This document shows positions 38,393 to 48,473 of a stretch of 64,000 nucleotides of DNA, piece after piece. The position numbers were made by a program, and so were the translations under genes. Every line of letters starts with the position of its first letter. Positions within the stretch are counted from its first letter, which is position 1. Where the stretch lies: IMG/VR virus record IMGVR_UViG_3300024978_000198. The stretch is one strand, 5' to 3'. Under the pieces are notes generated by a model that saw only the letters and a program-made list of their open reading frames with translations, made no database searches and was not told the origin of the DNA. This stretch comes from a virus.

Positions 38393-38875
38393 TCAGCTCG
38401 CTGTCTTCGAGACGGCTTCCAGCTCAGCGAGCGCGTCGATGACGTCCTCTGGGTCAAGGAGCAGCTGGCAGCCGAATTCGGGAAAGCACTTGAGCCGGAC
38501 ATCATGGCCGTGCACGGACTCCCACCTCACCAGTGCATCCTTGTCGTACGGCGGCTGGCCGAGCTTCTTATCGCGGTCCCAGGTGGAGTACTCGCCAGCA
38601 ACCATGTCGCGAATCGTGGCAGCGAACCGTCGCAGCGCTTCGAGTTCCCCGTCGTTCGAAGTTGGCTCCAGCGCCTTCTCGGGTAGCAGTGGCTCCCCGT
38701 CGCATGTCGAGTACTCCTCCTGCAGCTCGGCGTCGCCGATATCGAAGTTGTTGCTCACGTTCGCGTAGATTTCCACCTGCCCGTAGGCCAGCTCTTCGGC
38801 CTCCTCCAGGCTGTCGGCTTCGACCTCGATCGACTGCGATGCCTGGGCGGCAAAGTAGAGGTTGTAGGTGCTCAT
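38393..38875 (-). CDS. Hypothetical protein, N-terminal paralogue of 51400-51738
   Basis: MSTYNLYFAAQASQSIEVEAD; ATG 5 nt after the class A motif at 38881-38910. Confidence 0.75.
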   Translation of the reverse strand: MSTYNLYFAAQASQSIEVEADSLEEAEELAYGQVEIYANVSNNFDIGDAELQEEYSTCDGEPLLPEKALEPTSNDGELEALRRFAATIRDMVAGEYSTWDRDKKLGQPPYDKDALVRWESVHGHDVRLKCFPEFGCQLLLDPEDVIDALAELEAVSKTAS

Positions 38876-38916
38876 GACCGACCAGTGTGCGGCATCAGCC
38901 CGGCACCCCCCCCAGA

Positions 38917-39435
38917 TCAGCGCAGCAGGCAACCGCGGTGCGGCGTCACGTGGGTGCCGTGTTCGGCGCAGCAGGCGATCTCGTGATCGTGTGCAACACC
39001 CGGGCAGTGGTGCACGGCGTCCAGATCAACGTGGGAGGCGACGTGGTGGCCGGCGTCGGCTCGCTGACGGTACGTCCACGCATGAGCCTTATGCGTGGCA
39101 AGTAGCATGCAGAATCCGGATATGGCGCCCAGGTCAGCCTCGCCGTCTTCGCCGTCAAACCGCCGACATAGACTGCCCTTCACACTCCCAGGAGCGGGTC
39201 CGGAGTACGACACCAGAAGCAGCGTCTCGTCCCGAAAGTCCGGCACTCGGACGAGGATGCCATCGCGTACTGTCGCCACCCGTCGATCCAGATCTGGACC
39301 AAGAACTTCAACCTGGTAGGTGGACGGTGGTCCCGGCATCCGATCACCGACTCGATATGCGTCCAGTGCGCGGCTAAACGCCTTCGTCTGCCACTTTCTA
39401 CCGTTGCTGTCGAGCAACCAGTCAAGCATTCCCAT
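38917..39435 (-). CDS. Hypothetical protein, start uncertain
   Basis: ORF co-oriented with neighbours; MGMLDWLLDS. Confidence 0.55.
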   Translation of the reverse strand: MGMLDWLLDSNGRKWQTKAFSRALDAYRVGDRMPGPPSTYQVEVLGPDLDRRVATVRDGILVRVPDFRDETLLLVSYSGPAPGSVKGSLCRRFDGEDGEADLGAISGFCMLLATHKAHAWTYRQRADAGHHVASHVDLDAVHHCPGVAHDHEIACCAEHGTHVTPHRGCLLR

Positions 39436-39484
39436 CGGGTTTTTTCCTAAACCTCGACGCGCCCGTGCCAAGCGAAGCGCATTT

Positions 39485-39685
39485 CTAACGCGGTGACCGT
39501 GAGTTCTCCACGAACCACTCGATTGCGTCGGCGACGAAATGCCGGTGGTTCTCGTGGTCGTGTCGCCACGAAAAGACTATGTCGTCCCGCAGGCACTTCG
39601 GCAGCCGAAACCAGCACTTATTGCAGGCCAGCATATGCGCCGGCACCCTGCCCTCCCCGCATCCGGGGCATTTGTGGCTCGCCAT
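39485..39685 (-). CDS. Small Cys/His-rich phage-type protein
   Basis: HKCPGC...LACNKCWFRLP. Confidence 0.65.
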   Translation of the reverse strand: MASHKCPGCGEGRVPAHMLACNKCWFRLPKCLRDDIVFSWRHDHENHRHFVADAIEWFVENSRSPR

Positions 39686-39739
39686 TTCGCACAGCCCTTC
39701 TCTACCGCGTTTACCAGCCGTACTTCTCATCGATGTCCG

Positions 39740-39937
39740 CTAGCAAAACCCGTTCACCAGGCTCACGATCATCTCGGCGTCGGCGATGTGAAAACTCGCG
39801 CGCACACCGCAGTCGGGACAGGCAGCTATTGGGTTTTCGTTCGCGTCACGGATCACCACGCCGTCGGGCTCCTCTCGGTCGTCGATAGTCCAGGGCCTGG
39901 GTGAAGCGGCAGGATCGATTGCTTCGTCTCTACTCAC
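39740..39937 (-). CDS. Small hypothetical protein
   Basis: GTG start with GGAG; PRPWTI...ACPDC. Confidence 0.55.
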   Translation of the reverse strand: MSRDEAIDPAASPRPWTIDDREEPDGVVIRDANENPIAACPDCGVRASFHIADAEMIVSLVNGFC

Positions 39938-40076
39938 CGGCTCTCCCCTCCCATCCGCAGGCGTCGCAGATGACTTCGCTGCCGCGCGCGTCGGACTCAA
40001 CTTCGAAGATCTCCGTGCATGCCGGGCAGATGAACCGGTCGTACGTGCCGTCGTATGCGGCCACCTCCTCATCCAC
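39930..40076 (-). CDS. Small zinc-ribbon protein
   Basis: ICPAC...ICDAC. Confidence 0.55.
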   Translation of the reverse strand: MDEEVAAYDGTYDRFICPACTEIFEVESDARGSEVICDACGWEGRAGE

Positions 40077-40614
40077 GACTACCCACCCTCCAGTGCATCG
40101 GACAGTCGGGATGGACGAGGAACGGGAAGCGAGCGGCGTTCGCCTCATTGGAGAAGAAAGTCGCACCGTCACAGATGCACTGATGGCTCCCGCCTCGACC
40201 GACGTCGTGTTGATCCGCTGTCACGGGTCGTTCTCTTTCGCGATCAAGCATGGCCCGGCCCGTCGCTGTGAGCTCTACGGCGACTCGCCATCCGGGATCG
40301 ACCGGAACCTGACGTTCCGGCAGGTGGTGGACGGTGACGACTCCGATGATGTTCGTGTAGCGGCGATCTTCCGGCGGCGCCGCTTCGGTTTCGATGTCTT
40401 CCGTGCGCTCCCGTATTAGCTCGCGACGGGACAGAGCTGCGTATACGGACTTCTGCTGCCCGTATACCTCTATCCCGTCGACCAGGAACTCGTTCACTCC
40501 GGAAACACCTAGACGTCGGTCGCGTGCCGGGTATGCCGATCCCCACTGGACGCGCCCGTCGGCGACCGCGTGCAGTGCTGCGAGCTGGTTCTTGTTCGGG
40601 CGACCCGCCATCAC
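40069..40614 (-). CDS. Hypothetical protein, possible winged-helix fold
   Basis: 181 aa, coupled to the kinase gene; ends in a CxC...HPDCP motif. Confidence 0.65.
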   Translation of the reverse strand: MMAGRPNKNQLAALHAVADGRVQWGSAYPARDRRLGVSGVNEFLVDGIEVYGQQKSVYAALSRRELIRERTEDIETEAAPPEDRRYTNIIGVVTVHHLPERQVPVDPGWRVAVELTATGRAMLDRERERPVTADQHDVGRGGSHQCICDGATFFSNEANAARFPFLVHPDCPMHWRVGSRG

Positions 40615-41402
40615 GCCTCCCTTGATCCGGTCTCGTGGGCAGCGCCTTGCCGACTATCACGCGTACATGGCGCAACTGCGGAGGCTGAGACGCCGAACGG
40701 GCTAAGAGGTTGGCCGCCGTCCGTGAGCACATCATCGACAGACCAAGACAGTCCTTTTCGCGTGGCGCCAACGATGGTCGCGCCAGGTGCACCAAGCCGA
40801 TTGAGGGCCGGCGACAGGGTCAGGAGTTCATGCGCCCGGGCCCGCAGATCGTTGAGCGTGCCGTCGTTCTCGACGACGACGTCGAAGTCGGCCTGCCCCA
40901 AGGTCACCTCGGACTCATGCCCGTTCACTGGGCCGACTCCCGGTCGGTTGACCCAGACCAGTAGTCCACCGCGAGATGTGATTGCGCGGGCTTCGTTCGA
41001 AATACGAATACCGGTGATCACGGTGTCGACCGATGGGTCGATTCGCTGCGTCATTGCGTCGACCCAAACGTCCTGGCCGAACATGTTGCGCCCGACCTCA
41101 GTTCCCATGACCTGCAGCAGCCGGCGGACTTCGGGGAGCTTTTTCGTCTCAACCAACCCGCGGTCGGCCACAAGGTCCGTGAATCGAACTGATGATCCGT
41201 CATCGAGCGGTATGAACGGGTCGAGCAGCGTCAACGCCTCGACCATGGGTGCGCTCATTGTCGTGCGGGAGAAGCCGCGCTCTTCCAGGAAGTCCGCGAG
41301 TGCGTCTTTTCCGGCCGTGGCATAGCCTCCGACACCGATCAGTGCGGCAGCTCTAGGCCGGTTGGTAGATTCCCCGCCGTCGTTGCTTGTGCTGACTGTC
41401 AT
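40611..41402 (-). CDS. Phage-type deoxynucleoside monophosphate kinase
   Basis: GVGGYATAGKD, VRRLLQVMGTEVGR, VITGIRISNEA; class A motif at 41408-41437. Confidence 0.85.
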   Translation of the reverse strand: MTVSTSNDGGESTNRPRAAALIGVGGYATAGKDALADFLEERGFSRTTMSAPMVEALTLLDPFIPLDDGSSVRFTDLVADRGLVETKKLPEVRRLLQVMGTEVGRNMFGQDVWVDAMTQRIDPSVDTVITGIRISNEARAITSRGGLLVWVNRPGVGPVNGHESEVTLGQADFDVVVENDGTLNDLRARAHELLTLSPALNRLGAPGATIVGATRKGLSWSVDDVLTDGGQPLSPFGVSASAVAPCTRDSRQGAAHETGSREA

Positions 41403-41525
41403 GACTTGGTCATGCGAGGTCGAACACTGGCACCCCCTTCCGCTGAAGGCTAGGCAGGGGACGAGGAAGTCATATTGGGATGGGGCCTGGCAAATCTACG
41501 CTAGCGTCCAGACCGAAGGTAACTG

Positions 41526-41933
41526 TTAATCTCCTATGCCTTTTGATTTCATAGCCTTTTCCGTGACGATGATTCCAGTGACACATATCAGAATACCGAC
41601 GGCGGTAACCACCGTGGCGGCCTTCACGAAGACAAACAGAATCCGCGAGAATGCAGTCTCCGAAAGTGCATAACTTCCCCAACCGAACCAGATCGGATCG
41701 GAAAAGAGCAGGACCGCGAACCAGATGGTCCCAATAGTTAACGTAAATAGGAAGCCAATGAATAATGGTTTCAAAGCTTTAACGAGCTTGTCTTCCCTAG
41801 CCTGCAGCTCGGTAAGCTTGTACAACCCGTCGTCAATATTCGCTATTGGCTTGCCTGTTGAATTACTAGCCGAACGCAGCTCGAAGTTCCGGTCACCCAT
41901 CGCTACCTTCAATCCCGGGCATGTGCTCCGCAA
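41526..41933 (-). CDS. AT-richer putative membrane protein
   Basis: Two hydrophobic segments; composition differs visibly from flanks; start uncertain. Confidence 0.55.
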   Translation of the reverse strand: MRSTCPGLKVAMGDRNFELRSASNSTGKPIANIDDGLYKLTELQAREDKLVKALKPLFIGFLFTLTIGTIWFAVLLFSDPIWFGWGSYALSETAFSRILFVFVKAATVVTAVGILICVTGIIVTEKAMKSKGIGD

Positions 41934-42089
41934 TCTCGATTGTGAACGTAAGGACTTTGGAGGTCATCCATCGTCGACGTGTACTCATCCATGCTTCACC
42001 CGTGTGCGACTACCAAAGATGACGAGAGCGAGCGAGGCGGTGTCGATGCGTCTAGTGATCGATATGTGGTCCGTGCCGTTGGCCACCCT

Positions 42090-42389
42090 TCATGATGCCA
42101 CACCTACCTTGGCCTGGCTCCGCAGTGAGCCATTTCGACCATCGCGTAGCCTCTTCTGCCGCGGCCACCACAGGCCACCTAGCCGGTCCCTCGCGGCAAG
42201 CAGCTCCATTATCAACTCTTGAGTGACGGTCAGTTCTGGTTGCCCGGCCGGCTCCCCAATCGGGCTGGAGAACTTGTCTCCATGCAGCATCTGTCGTTCA
42301 CCCTCGGGTACGGCAAGTTGCCGGCTGGTGAAATCGGCAACTTGCTCGTCTAGATCCGCAAGTTCCTCCGGTGTCGGGTCTGCGCTCAT
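42090..42389 (-). CDS. Hypothetical protein
   Basis: ATGA overlap with the ATPase stop. Confidence 0.55.
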   Translation of the reverse strand: MSADPTPEELADLDEQVADFTSRQLAVPEGERQMLHGDKFSSPIGEPAGQPELTVTQELIMELLAARDRLGGLWWPRQKRLRDGRNGSLRSQAKVGVAS

Positions 42390-43537
42390 GCCGCGTTCTC
42401 CCACTTGCCGACGGCGGCGAACAGGTCGGAGAACGCGGCGCGCAATGTCTCGGGCAGAGCCACTTTCTTCGGCTTCAAGTCGATAAGGATCTTGACCGCT
42501 GGCGCTGCGGCGTCAGGACGGCCACCTTCGGCACAGGCGACCATCACATCGACGGACTGCCGCCACTTCTTCTCGGTGACGCCGCTCATCTGCAAAATTG
42601 CGGCGATTGAATACACCAAAGCGAACAGGCGATCCGGGCGGCTGCCTCGCCAGTCGACAATGGACGGGTCGGCCAATACCTCAGCTGGGTCATACAGGTC
42701 TGTTGTGACGAGCCACGCCAGGTATTCCGTAGCGGCACCTTCACCGACACAGCCGATGAGCACCAGGAGCGCGGCATCCTCGTCTGCAGGGTCGAGTTCA
42801 CCGAGCACCGCCATCGCGTTAGTCCACGATCGAGGCGACGGCCAGCCTTTGCCGGCAGTGACCGGATCGGATGGCATCTTGTGAAGTAGATTCGGATGTG
42901 AGCGCAGGAATGTGGTGATCTCGGCGCGCACCTTCACCCGGTGCTCGGTGCTGCCCACTCCGAGAATGCTTTCGATGGTCTGCGGGCGGGTTGCCTCGAA
43001 TCCGGTCATCACACCGGCGAACCAGGCATCTATGTCGAACTTCCAGTCCACGTGCATGAGCCGGTTGGCGATTGGGGCCGGTAGGTCCCAGCCATCGACG
43101 GCCACCGAGGCCGGGTTCGCCGCGGCGACGATAGATACGGAGTCGGGCAACTGGAATTCGCCGACCACGCGCTCCTGCAGGATGCGAAGCATGGCGCGCT
43201 GCACGCTCGGTGGCGCGGTTGTCAGTTCGTCGAAGAACAGGAGGCCCTTGTCGGCCTCCGCGACACGGCGGGCCCACGACAAAGTCGTGTACTTGACGGT
43301 GCCGTCGTCCTCGAACGGCAGCCCCATGAAGTCGGTCGATTCGCGTACTGAGCCGACGACTGTCTCGACGTGGAAACCGGAGGCCTTGCCGAAAGCGGTC
43401 AACGAAGCGGTCTTCGCGACACCCGGGTCTCCCCAGAGGACCGTCGGGATGTTGGCGCGGATCGCGGCGGCGAGTGCGCGCATGTGAGGCATGGCCTTGG
43501 TCGTGGTGGCGGTCGTTGCCGCGTCCTGGTTGCTCAT
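42386..43537 (-). CDS. MoxR-like AAA+ ATPase
   Basis: LWGDPGVAKT, LFFDELTTA, AAANP, PIANRLMH, PSPRSW; class A motif at 43543-43572. Confidence 0.88.
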   Translation of the reverse strand: MSNQDAATTATTTKAMPHMRALAAAIRANIPTVLWGDPGVAKTASLTAFGKASGFHVETVVGSVRESTDFMGLPFEDDGTVKYTTLSWARRVAEADKGLLFFDELTTAPPSVQRAMLRILQERVVGEFQLPDSVSIVAAANPASVAVDGWDLPAPIANRLMHVDWKFDIDAWFAGVMTGFEATRPQTIESILGVGSTEHRVKVRAEITTFLRSHPNLLHKMPSDPVTAGKGWPSPRSWTNAMAVLGELDPADEDAALLVLIGCVGEGAATEYLAWLVTTDLYDPAEVLADPSIVDWRGSRPDRLFALVYSIAAILQMSGVTEKKWRQSVDVMVACAEGGRPDAAAPAVKILIDLKPKKVALPETLRAAFSDLFAAVGKWENAA

Positions 43538-43585
43538 GTCCCTACCATGTGCGGGATCGGTCTGGCACCCCCGACGGTGCCCCAT

Positions 43586-44113
43586 TTACGGCTCGGCAAC
43601 GTCGGGCAAGTCTTCTTCCCCACTGGCACCCCGGGCGAAAAAAGCGTCCAGTGCGTCCATGAGAGCCTCGCCGTTGTCCCCTTCGCCGCCGGCTCGCCAG
43701 TCGAAGAAGCCGTCGCCACGATCCTTGTCGTAATCCTCCAAGAACTGGTACAGGCTGCTGGTGCGTGGGTCGCGCCCACCCGGTTCGCAGATCGCCGGAT
43801 CCGCGATTTCCTGCCGTTCGATTTGGTCAGCGAGGGCATGGAAGAATCGGCCGAGACTCGTTCCTTCACGGTCGAAGTCGCCATCGTCGGGTCTTGCCAT
43901 CAAGTGCTGGTGAGCGACGGTGAGCATGTGCGTGTTCAGCGTGTAGTCAGCCAGCGTGTGCAGCACCGCGGCGACCTGCAGAGGAGGGACGGGTTCGAGT
44001 AATCCGTCGCCGCGTCTAGAGTTCATCGCTACAGAACCGAAGCGCACGTCCTGGCTGCTCAGGATCCTCTCGGCGTACCTCTCAACCTGCGCCGGATCGT
44101 TCCGGTCAGACAT
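43586..44113 (-). CDS. Hypothetical protein
   Basis: 175 aa, start overlaps the ligA 3' end. Confidence 0.65.
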   Translation of the reverse strand: MSDRNDPAQVERYAERILSSQDVRFGSVAMNSRRGDGLLEPVPPLQVAAVLHTLADYTLNTHMLTVAHQHLMARPDDGDFDREGTSLGRFFHALADQIERQEIADPAICEPGGRDPRTSSLYQFLEDYDKDRGDGFFDWRAGGEGDNGEALMDALDAFFARGASGEEDLPDVAEP

Positions 44114-46295
44114 TCGACGGCGCCTTCCCGATCATTGCTGCGAACTGGCCCGGGGTAACAATCGGCACGCCGAGACTCTTGGCCTTGGCCCACTTCGACG
44201 AGCCTTCCTCACCGCACACCAGGAGAGAGGTCTTGGCCGACACCGATCCCGAGGACTTTCCACCGCTTCGCTCAATGAGCTCGTTCATCTCGTTGCGGGA
44301 AAGGCCATCAAGCGCACTGCCTTTCATCGATCCGGTGACGACGATCGTCATGCCCGAGAGGGTCGAGTCGTTCGCCTGGGCAGCAGACGAAGGCGGGTTC
44401 TCGCCGGCGGCTTCGGACCCGTCCTGGGCGGCGTTCTCGGCCATGATCGCCTCGATCCGGCGAATCAGCGGTCCCATCTCGGCAAGTTCTGAGACGATGA
44501 GCTGCGCCTTCTTGTCGCCGATGCCTTCGACTTCTTGTAGCTCGGCTTCGGTTGCCGCGCGCAGCTCGTGAAGCGAGCCGAAACGAGCAGCGATACGGCG
44601 AGACATGGCGCGCCCGGTTCCCCGGATGCCCAGTGCGGTGATGATCCTGGCCAGCGGCGCTCGGCGCGCCTTCCCGATCTGGTTAACCAGATGCTTGGCT
44701 GTTGATTCGCCGATTCGTCTTTCCTTGCCCGCGGCGTCCTTGGTCGTCAGGTCGATGAGGTCGGTTTCGCCCAGCAGGAGCAGTTCGTCGATATCGTTCA
44801 GGCCAGACTCGACTAGCGCCTCGACGATCGCGGTGGACATGCCATCGATGTCCAGCGCATCCCGGCTGACGGCGTAGATCAGCCTGGCTGCCACCGACAG
44901 TTCCGGTGTGATCGAACGCCACAGCAGGGTCGACTTGTCCCACGGGTTGCCTGCAGGGTCGGTTGCTGGCGGCTGCCAGCGCACCGCGTGCTCGGGGCGT
45001 CGCGACAGAATTGGCGACTCGACTCTCGGGATGACATCCCCGGCTTTCTTGACAATGACAGTGTCGTCGATGCGAATGTCTTCGTCCTGCAGCCACGAGA
45101 CGTTGTGCAGCGAGGCGTAAGAGACGACGGAGCCGTCCACGACTGTCGGGTTGATGCGGGCGCGCAGCGCGAGCCTGCCGGTGCGTCCGATCGAGACTTC
45201 AATGTCCTGGACGACGGCAGTGAGTTCCTTCGCCGGGAACTTGTACGCCAGCGCCCAGCGCGGCGCGCGGGACGTGGCTCCGAGTCGGGAGCGGTCCGCG
45301 TAGTTGTCGGCCTTGATGACGGCTCCGTCGATCGGGTAGCCGAGATCTTCCCGCTCGGCTTCGAGGATCTTCACTCGGGCGATGACCTCGACCGGGTCGG
45401 TGACGGCGATGCCTTCGCGCCCGTGCACCGAAACGACCGATTCGGTGTCCATGTAGGTCTTTTCGGCGCTGCCAAGCGCGAAGGAGAGCAGCCTGGCGGC
45501 TGTTCCGAACAGCGACTGGTGCAGAAAGTCGATGCGGCGGCTGTAGGTACCACGCGCTGCGATGGTGCCGAACGCCTCGATGACAGAATCCTCGATCGCG
45601 ACGAGGTGCGCCGATCCGGTGTCCACCAGATCGTAGGCAGCGAACGACAGCGGCACCGCGTAATCCCCGCGCTGCCGGCGGATCGAGCCGGCGACTGCGT
45701 TGCGTTGGTTGGCGAATGCATTCTCGCCGTGCTCCGCGCGAATCTCGTTGGCCCGCACAAACTGTGGGCTCGACATGTAGATTTCTCCGCGGACTTCGAA
45801 GTCGAGCTTCTGGCCGATTTCTTCGGGCAAGCCGGTGATCGGGTTCGGCTGCGCCGTAATGTCCTCACCGGTGGTGCCGTCGCCGCGAGTCACCAACTGC
45901 ACCAGCTTCCCGCTCCGATAGACTGCACGGACGGCCATGCCGTCGAGTTTCGGCTCCACGACCACTGGGCAATCAATGGAACCAAGCCACTCGTCCAGCG
46001 CTTGTGGGTCGTCGGTCACCTTGTCGAGGGACAGCATCGGAGTCGTGTGCTTTGTGTCGCCTCCGGCACTGGTCCCGGCCGCAACCTGATCGAACAGGTG
46101 GTGGTCGATCTTCCAATCCGGGTGGCTCTCCTCTGTTCGCGCGACGTCATCGACGAGCCGGTCGTACTCGGCGTCCGACATCAGCTCGATGTCTCCGTCG
46201 TAGTAGGACCCGGCCGCTTCGGTCGCGCGTCGGACTGCAGCTTCGTAGTCGTCCCGAATGTCGATCGTCATAGGTGCCTCCGTTGCGTAGCTCAT
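44106..46295 (-). CDS. ligA: NAD+-dependent DNA ligase lacking the C4 zinc finger
   Basis: YYDGD...MSDAEYD, EPKLDG, TRGDG, EVRGE, IDGAVIK, KAGDVIP, HhH repeats, BRCT; start set by the class A motif at 46301-46330. Confidence 0.92.
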   Translation of the reverse strand: MSYATEAPMTIDIRDDYEAAVRRATEAAGSYYDGDIELMSDAEYDRLVDDVARTEESHPDWKIDHHLFDQVAAGTSAGGDTKHTTPMLSLDKVTDDPQALDEWLGSIDCPVVVEPKLDGMAVRAVYRSGKLVQLVTRGDGTTGEDITAQPNPITGLPEEIGQKLDFEVRGEIYMSSPQFVRANEIRAEHGENAFANQRNAVAGSIRRQRGDYAVPLSFAAYDLVDTGSAHLVAIEDSVIEAFGTIAARGTYSRRIDFLHQSLFGTAARLLSFALGSAEKTYMDTESVVSVHGREGIAVTDPVEVIARVKILEAEREDLGYPIDGAVIKADNYADRSRLGATSRAPRWALAYKFPAKELTAVVQDIEVSIGRTGRLALRARINPTVVDGSVVSYASLHNVSWLQDEDIRIDDTVIVKKAGDVIPRVESPILSRRPEHAVRWQPPATDPAGNPWDKSTLLWRSITPELSVAARLIYAVSRDALDIDGMSTAIVEALVESGLNDIDELLLLGETDLIDLTTKDAAGKERRIGESTAKHLVNQIGKARRAPLARIITALGIRGTGRAMSRRIAARFGSLHELRAATEAELQEVEGIGDKKAQLIVSELAEMGPLIRRIEAIMAENAAQDGSEAAGENPPSSAAQANDSTLSGMTIVVTGSMKGSALDGLSRNEMNELIERSGGKSSGSVSAKTSLLVCGEEGSSKWAKAKSLGVPIVTPGQFAAMIGKAPSNV

Positions 46296-46661
46296 GGGTC
46301 GTACGTGTGCAGCGGCCGAATGGCACCCCCCTGCTAGCCTCTCTCGCCTGGCGTCGAACAGGTCATGCACTTTTGCGCCCATTCGCTTCTTCTCCGGGTC
46401 GGAGATCGCCGCCCATGCTCGTCCGCGGCGGCCGGAGTCTCGATCCCCGCCTCGGATGACCGGGCAGGCGATGTAGCTATGCAAGACGCGCATAACGAGT
46501 CGTGTCGCGGGCCGCTCACCGTAGATGATCGCGCAGAACAGGCAGGCGTACAGGTGGTCGTCCTTCCCCGTCCATGCCGCGAAGTTGACGACGACGATGA
46601 GCAGCAGCCAGCCGACCGGGAGTGTGGCCAGCCCCAACAGGTACCAGACGAGCGCGCTCAT
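46296..46661 (-). CDS. Putative membrane protein reading in frame into ligA with no stop
   Basis: ATG overlaps the trxB stop; hydrophobic N-terminus [25 protein letters not shown]. Confidence 0.5.
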
Positions 46662-47635
46662 ATCGACGCCTCGCCGAGCGCCGCTAGGTAATGCTGTGCA
46701 TCCAGCGCCGCCGAGCAGCCGGTGCCGGCGGCGGTGATGGCCTGCCGGTAGGTATGGTCCACCAGATCGCCACAGGCGAAGACCCCGGTCACCGACGTGC
46801 CGGTGGCGCGGCCGTGCCGCCCGACCAGCACATAACCCTCGTCGTCCAGCTCGACCTGCCCGCGCACGATCTCGGAGCGCGGGTCGTGGCCGATCGCCAG
46901 GAACAATCCGGTGGCGTCCAATATCCGCTGATCGCCGCTGGCGGTGTCCTGAAGGGTGAGCGACTCGACGGCGTTCTCGCCATTCACGCCCACGACCTGC
47001 GAGTTCACCGCCCAGCGGATCTTCGGATCGGCCTTGGCGCGATCCAACATGATGGCCGACGCCCGGAACTCGGGGCGGCGGTGCACCACCGTCACCGAGT
47101 CCGCGAACCGGGTGAGGAACGTCGCCTCCTCCATGGCGGAGTCGCCGCCGCCGACCACCGCGACGTCGCGGCCCTTGAAGAAGAACCCGTCGCAGGTGGC
47201 ACAGGCGGAGACGCCGTGACCGATCAGCCGCTGCTCGTCGGCCAGATTCAAGTAGCGGGCGGCCGACCCCATGGCCAGCACGATCGCCCGCGCCCGGTAG
47301 ACCGTCCCGTCCACCGACACGGTCTTGATCGGGCCGCTCAGGTCCACGGCCTCGACGTCCTGGGCGCGCAGGTCCGCGCCGAAGCGCTCGGCCTGCGCGC
47401 GCATGTTGGCCATCAGGTCCGGGCCCTGGATGCCGTCCACGAAGCCCGGGAAGTTCTCCACCTCGGTGGTGTTCATCAGCGCGCCGCCGTACTGCGAGCC
47501 CTCGAAGACAAGGGGTGCCAGGTCCGCGCGCGCCAGGTAGATCGCCGCCGTGTAGCCCGCCGGACCGGAGCCGACCACGATCACCTCGCGGACGACGTCG
47601 TCTTCGAGATCGATGGCTGTCTTCACAGTGGTCAC
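46658..47635 (-). CDS. trxB: Thioredoxin reductase
   Basis: [46 protein letters not shown]. Confidence 0.96.
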   Translation of the reverse strand: MTTVKTAIDLEDDVVREVIVVGSGPAGYTAAIYLARADLAPLVFEGSQYGGALMNTTEVENFPGFVDGIQGPDLMANMRAQAERFGADLRAQDVEAVDLSGPIKTVSVDGTVYRARAIVLAMGSAARYLNLADEQRLIGHGVSACATCDGFFFKGRDVAVVGGGDSAMEEATFLTRFADSVTVVHRRPEFRASAIMLDRAKADPKIRWAVNSQVVGVNGENAVESLTLQDTASGDQRILDATGLFLAIGHDPRSEIVRGQVELDDEGYVLVGRHGRATGTSVTGVFACGDLVDHTYRQAITAAGTGCSAALDAQHYLAALGEASI

Positions 47636-48201
47636 GGTTCTGCTCCGGTTGCCTGAGGCGCGCGACCTTGGTTGGTAGCGAGTTTTCGCAGCACGTCGAC
47701 TCTGACCATGCGGAGCGCAAACCCGGTCGAGGTCTCATTCGCCCTGGCTGGTCCGTCGTTCCTGTCGGCCTCTTCTTCAAGTCTGCGGACGATGGACGCG
47801 CTGACAATGTCGTCAACACTTCGGCGAATATAGGCGGACTGATGCTCAGCGAACGCCTGTGCCCTCCTCGCCTCTACAGGCGATGAGCGGTCCATCGAAA
47901 TGGTTATCGACTCCCCGCACGCACAGGTGTCAGGTGCGGTGGGTGTGAGACCTCGCCCATGCATGCGATGGGTGACAAGCGCTGTGATCAGATCGTCCGT
48001 GATTTCCGAAGAAGCCTCCTCGGAGTCCGAAGTCGGCAGTGTCCCAATGAGGATCGGCTCCGCCGAGTGAACGACGATCGACACGGTCTCATCGCCGTCC
48101 GGTAACCCCTTGCCGTCTTTAATTCGCCCCAAGATGACGTCTGACAGCTCCTTGGACGCGTGCTCGATGGCTCGTTCCATACGATCGTCCCGCGCAGTCA
48201 T
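47632..48201 (-). CDS. Hypothetical protein
   Basis: Coupled on both sides. Confidence 0.6.
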   Translation of the reverse strand: MTARDDRMERAIEHASKELSDVILGRIKDGKGLPDGDETVSIVVHSAEPILIGTLPTSDSEEASSEITDDLITALVTHRMHGRGLTPTAPDTCACGESITISMDRSSPVEARRAQAFAEHQSAYIRRSVDDIVSASIVRRLEEEADRNDGPARANETSTGFALRMVRVDVLRKLATNQGRAPQATGAEP

Positions 48202-48422
48202 GCCGTGCCCCTTCCCGCTTCTTCGATTCGGCTAGGCACGTATCTGCTCCACCAGTTCACCGCTGACACCTTCCCCTTGCCGGGACCGTCAACCTGACGC
48301 CAGCGCACCTCGATCGGTGAGCCATCAATCCGATCTCTAACCACGTCGACGACCTCCACGGCCATGTCATTGGCGAGTCGACGCCAGATCTTCACTGTTG
48401 CGAACGGGTCTTGAATACTCAT
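48198..48422 (-). CDS. Small hypothetical protein
   Basis: Start moved to MSIQDPF: degenerate class A motif GGGGGTGCC-N9-CCACGTATATCG-N5-ATG at 48428-48457. Confidence 0.6.
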   Translation of the reverse strand: MSIQDPFATVKIWRRLANDMAVEVVDVVRDRIDGSPIEVRWRQVDGPGKGKVSAVNWWSRYVPSRIEEAGRGTA

Positions 48423-48473
48423 ATCCCCGATATACGTGGCCGACACCTGGCACCCCCAGCGGACGGGCCAGAT

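Noticed and set aside
43604-43632. Extra GGGGTGCC box near the end of 43586-44113
   Set aside because: No CCGCACA-like 12-mer 9 nt downstream and no start codon at the expected position.
46662-47819. N-terminal part of the 1237-aa ORF 44106-47819
   Set aside because: Arg/Gly-rich shadow frame of trxB; ligase homology starts at 46295.
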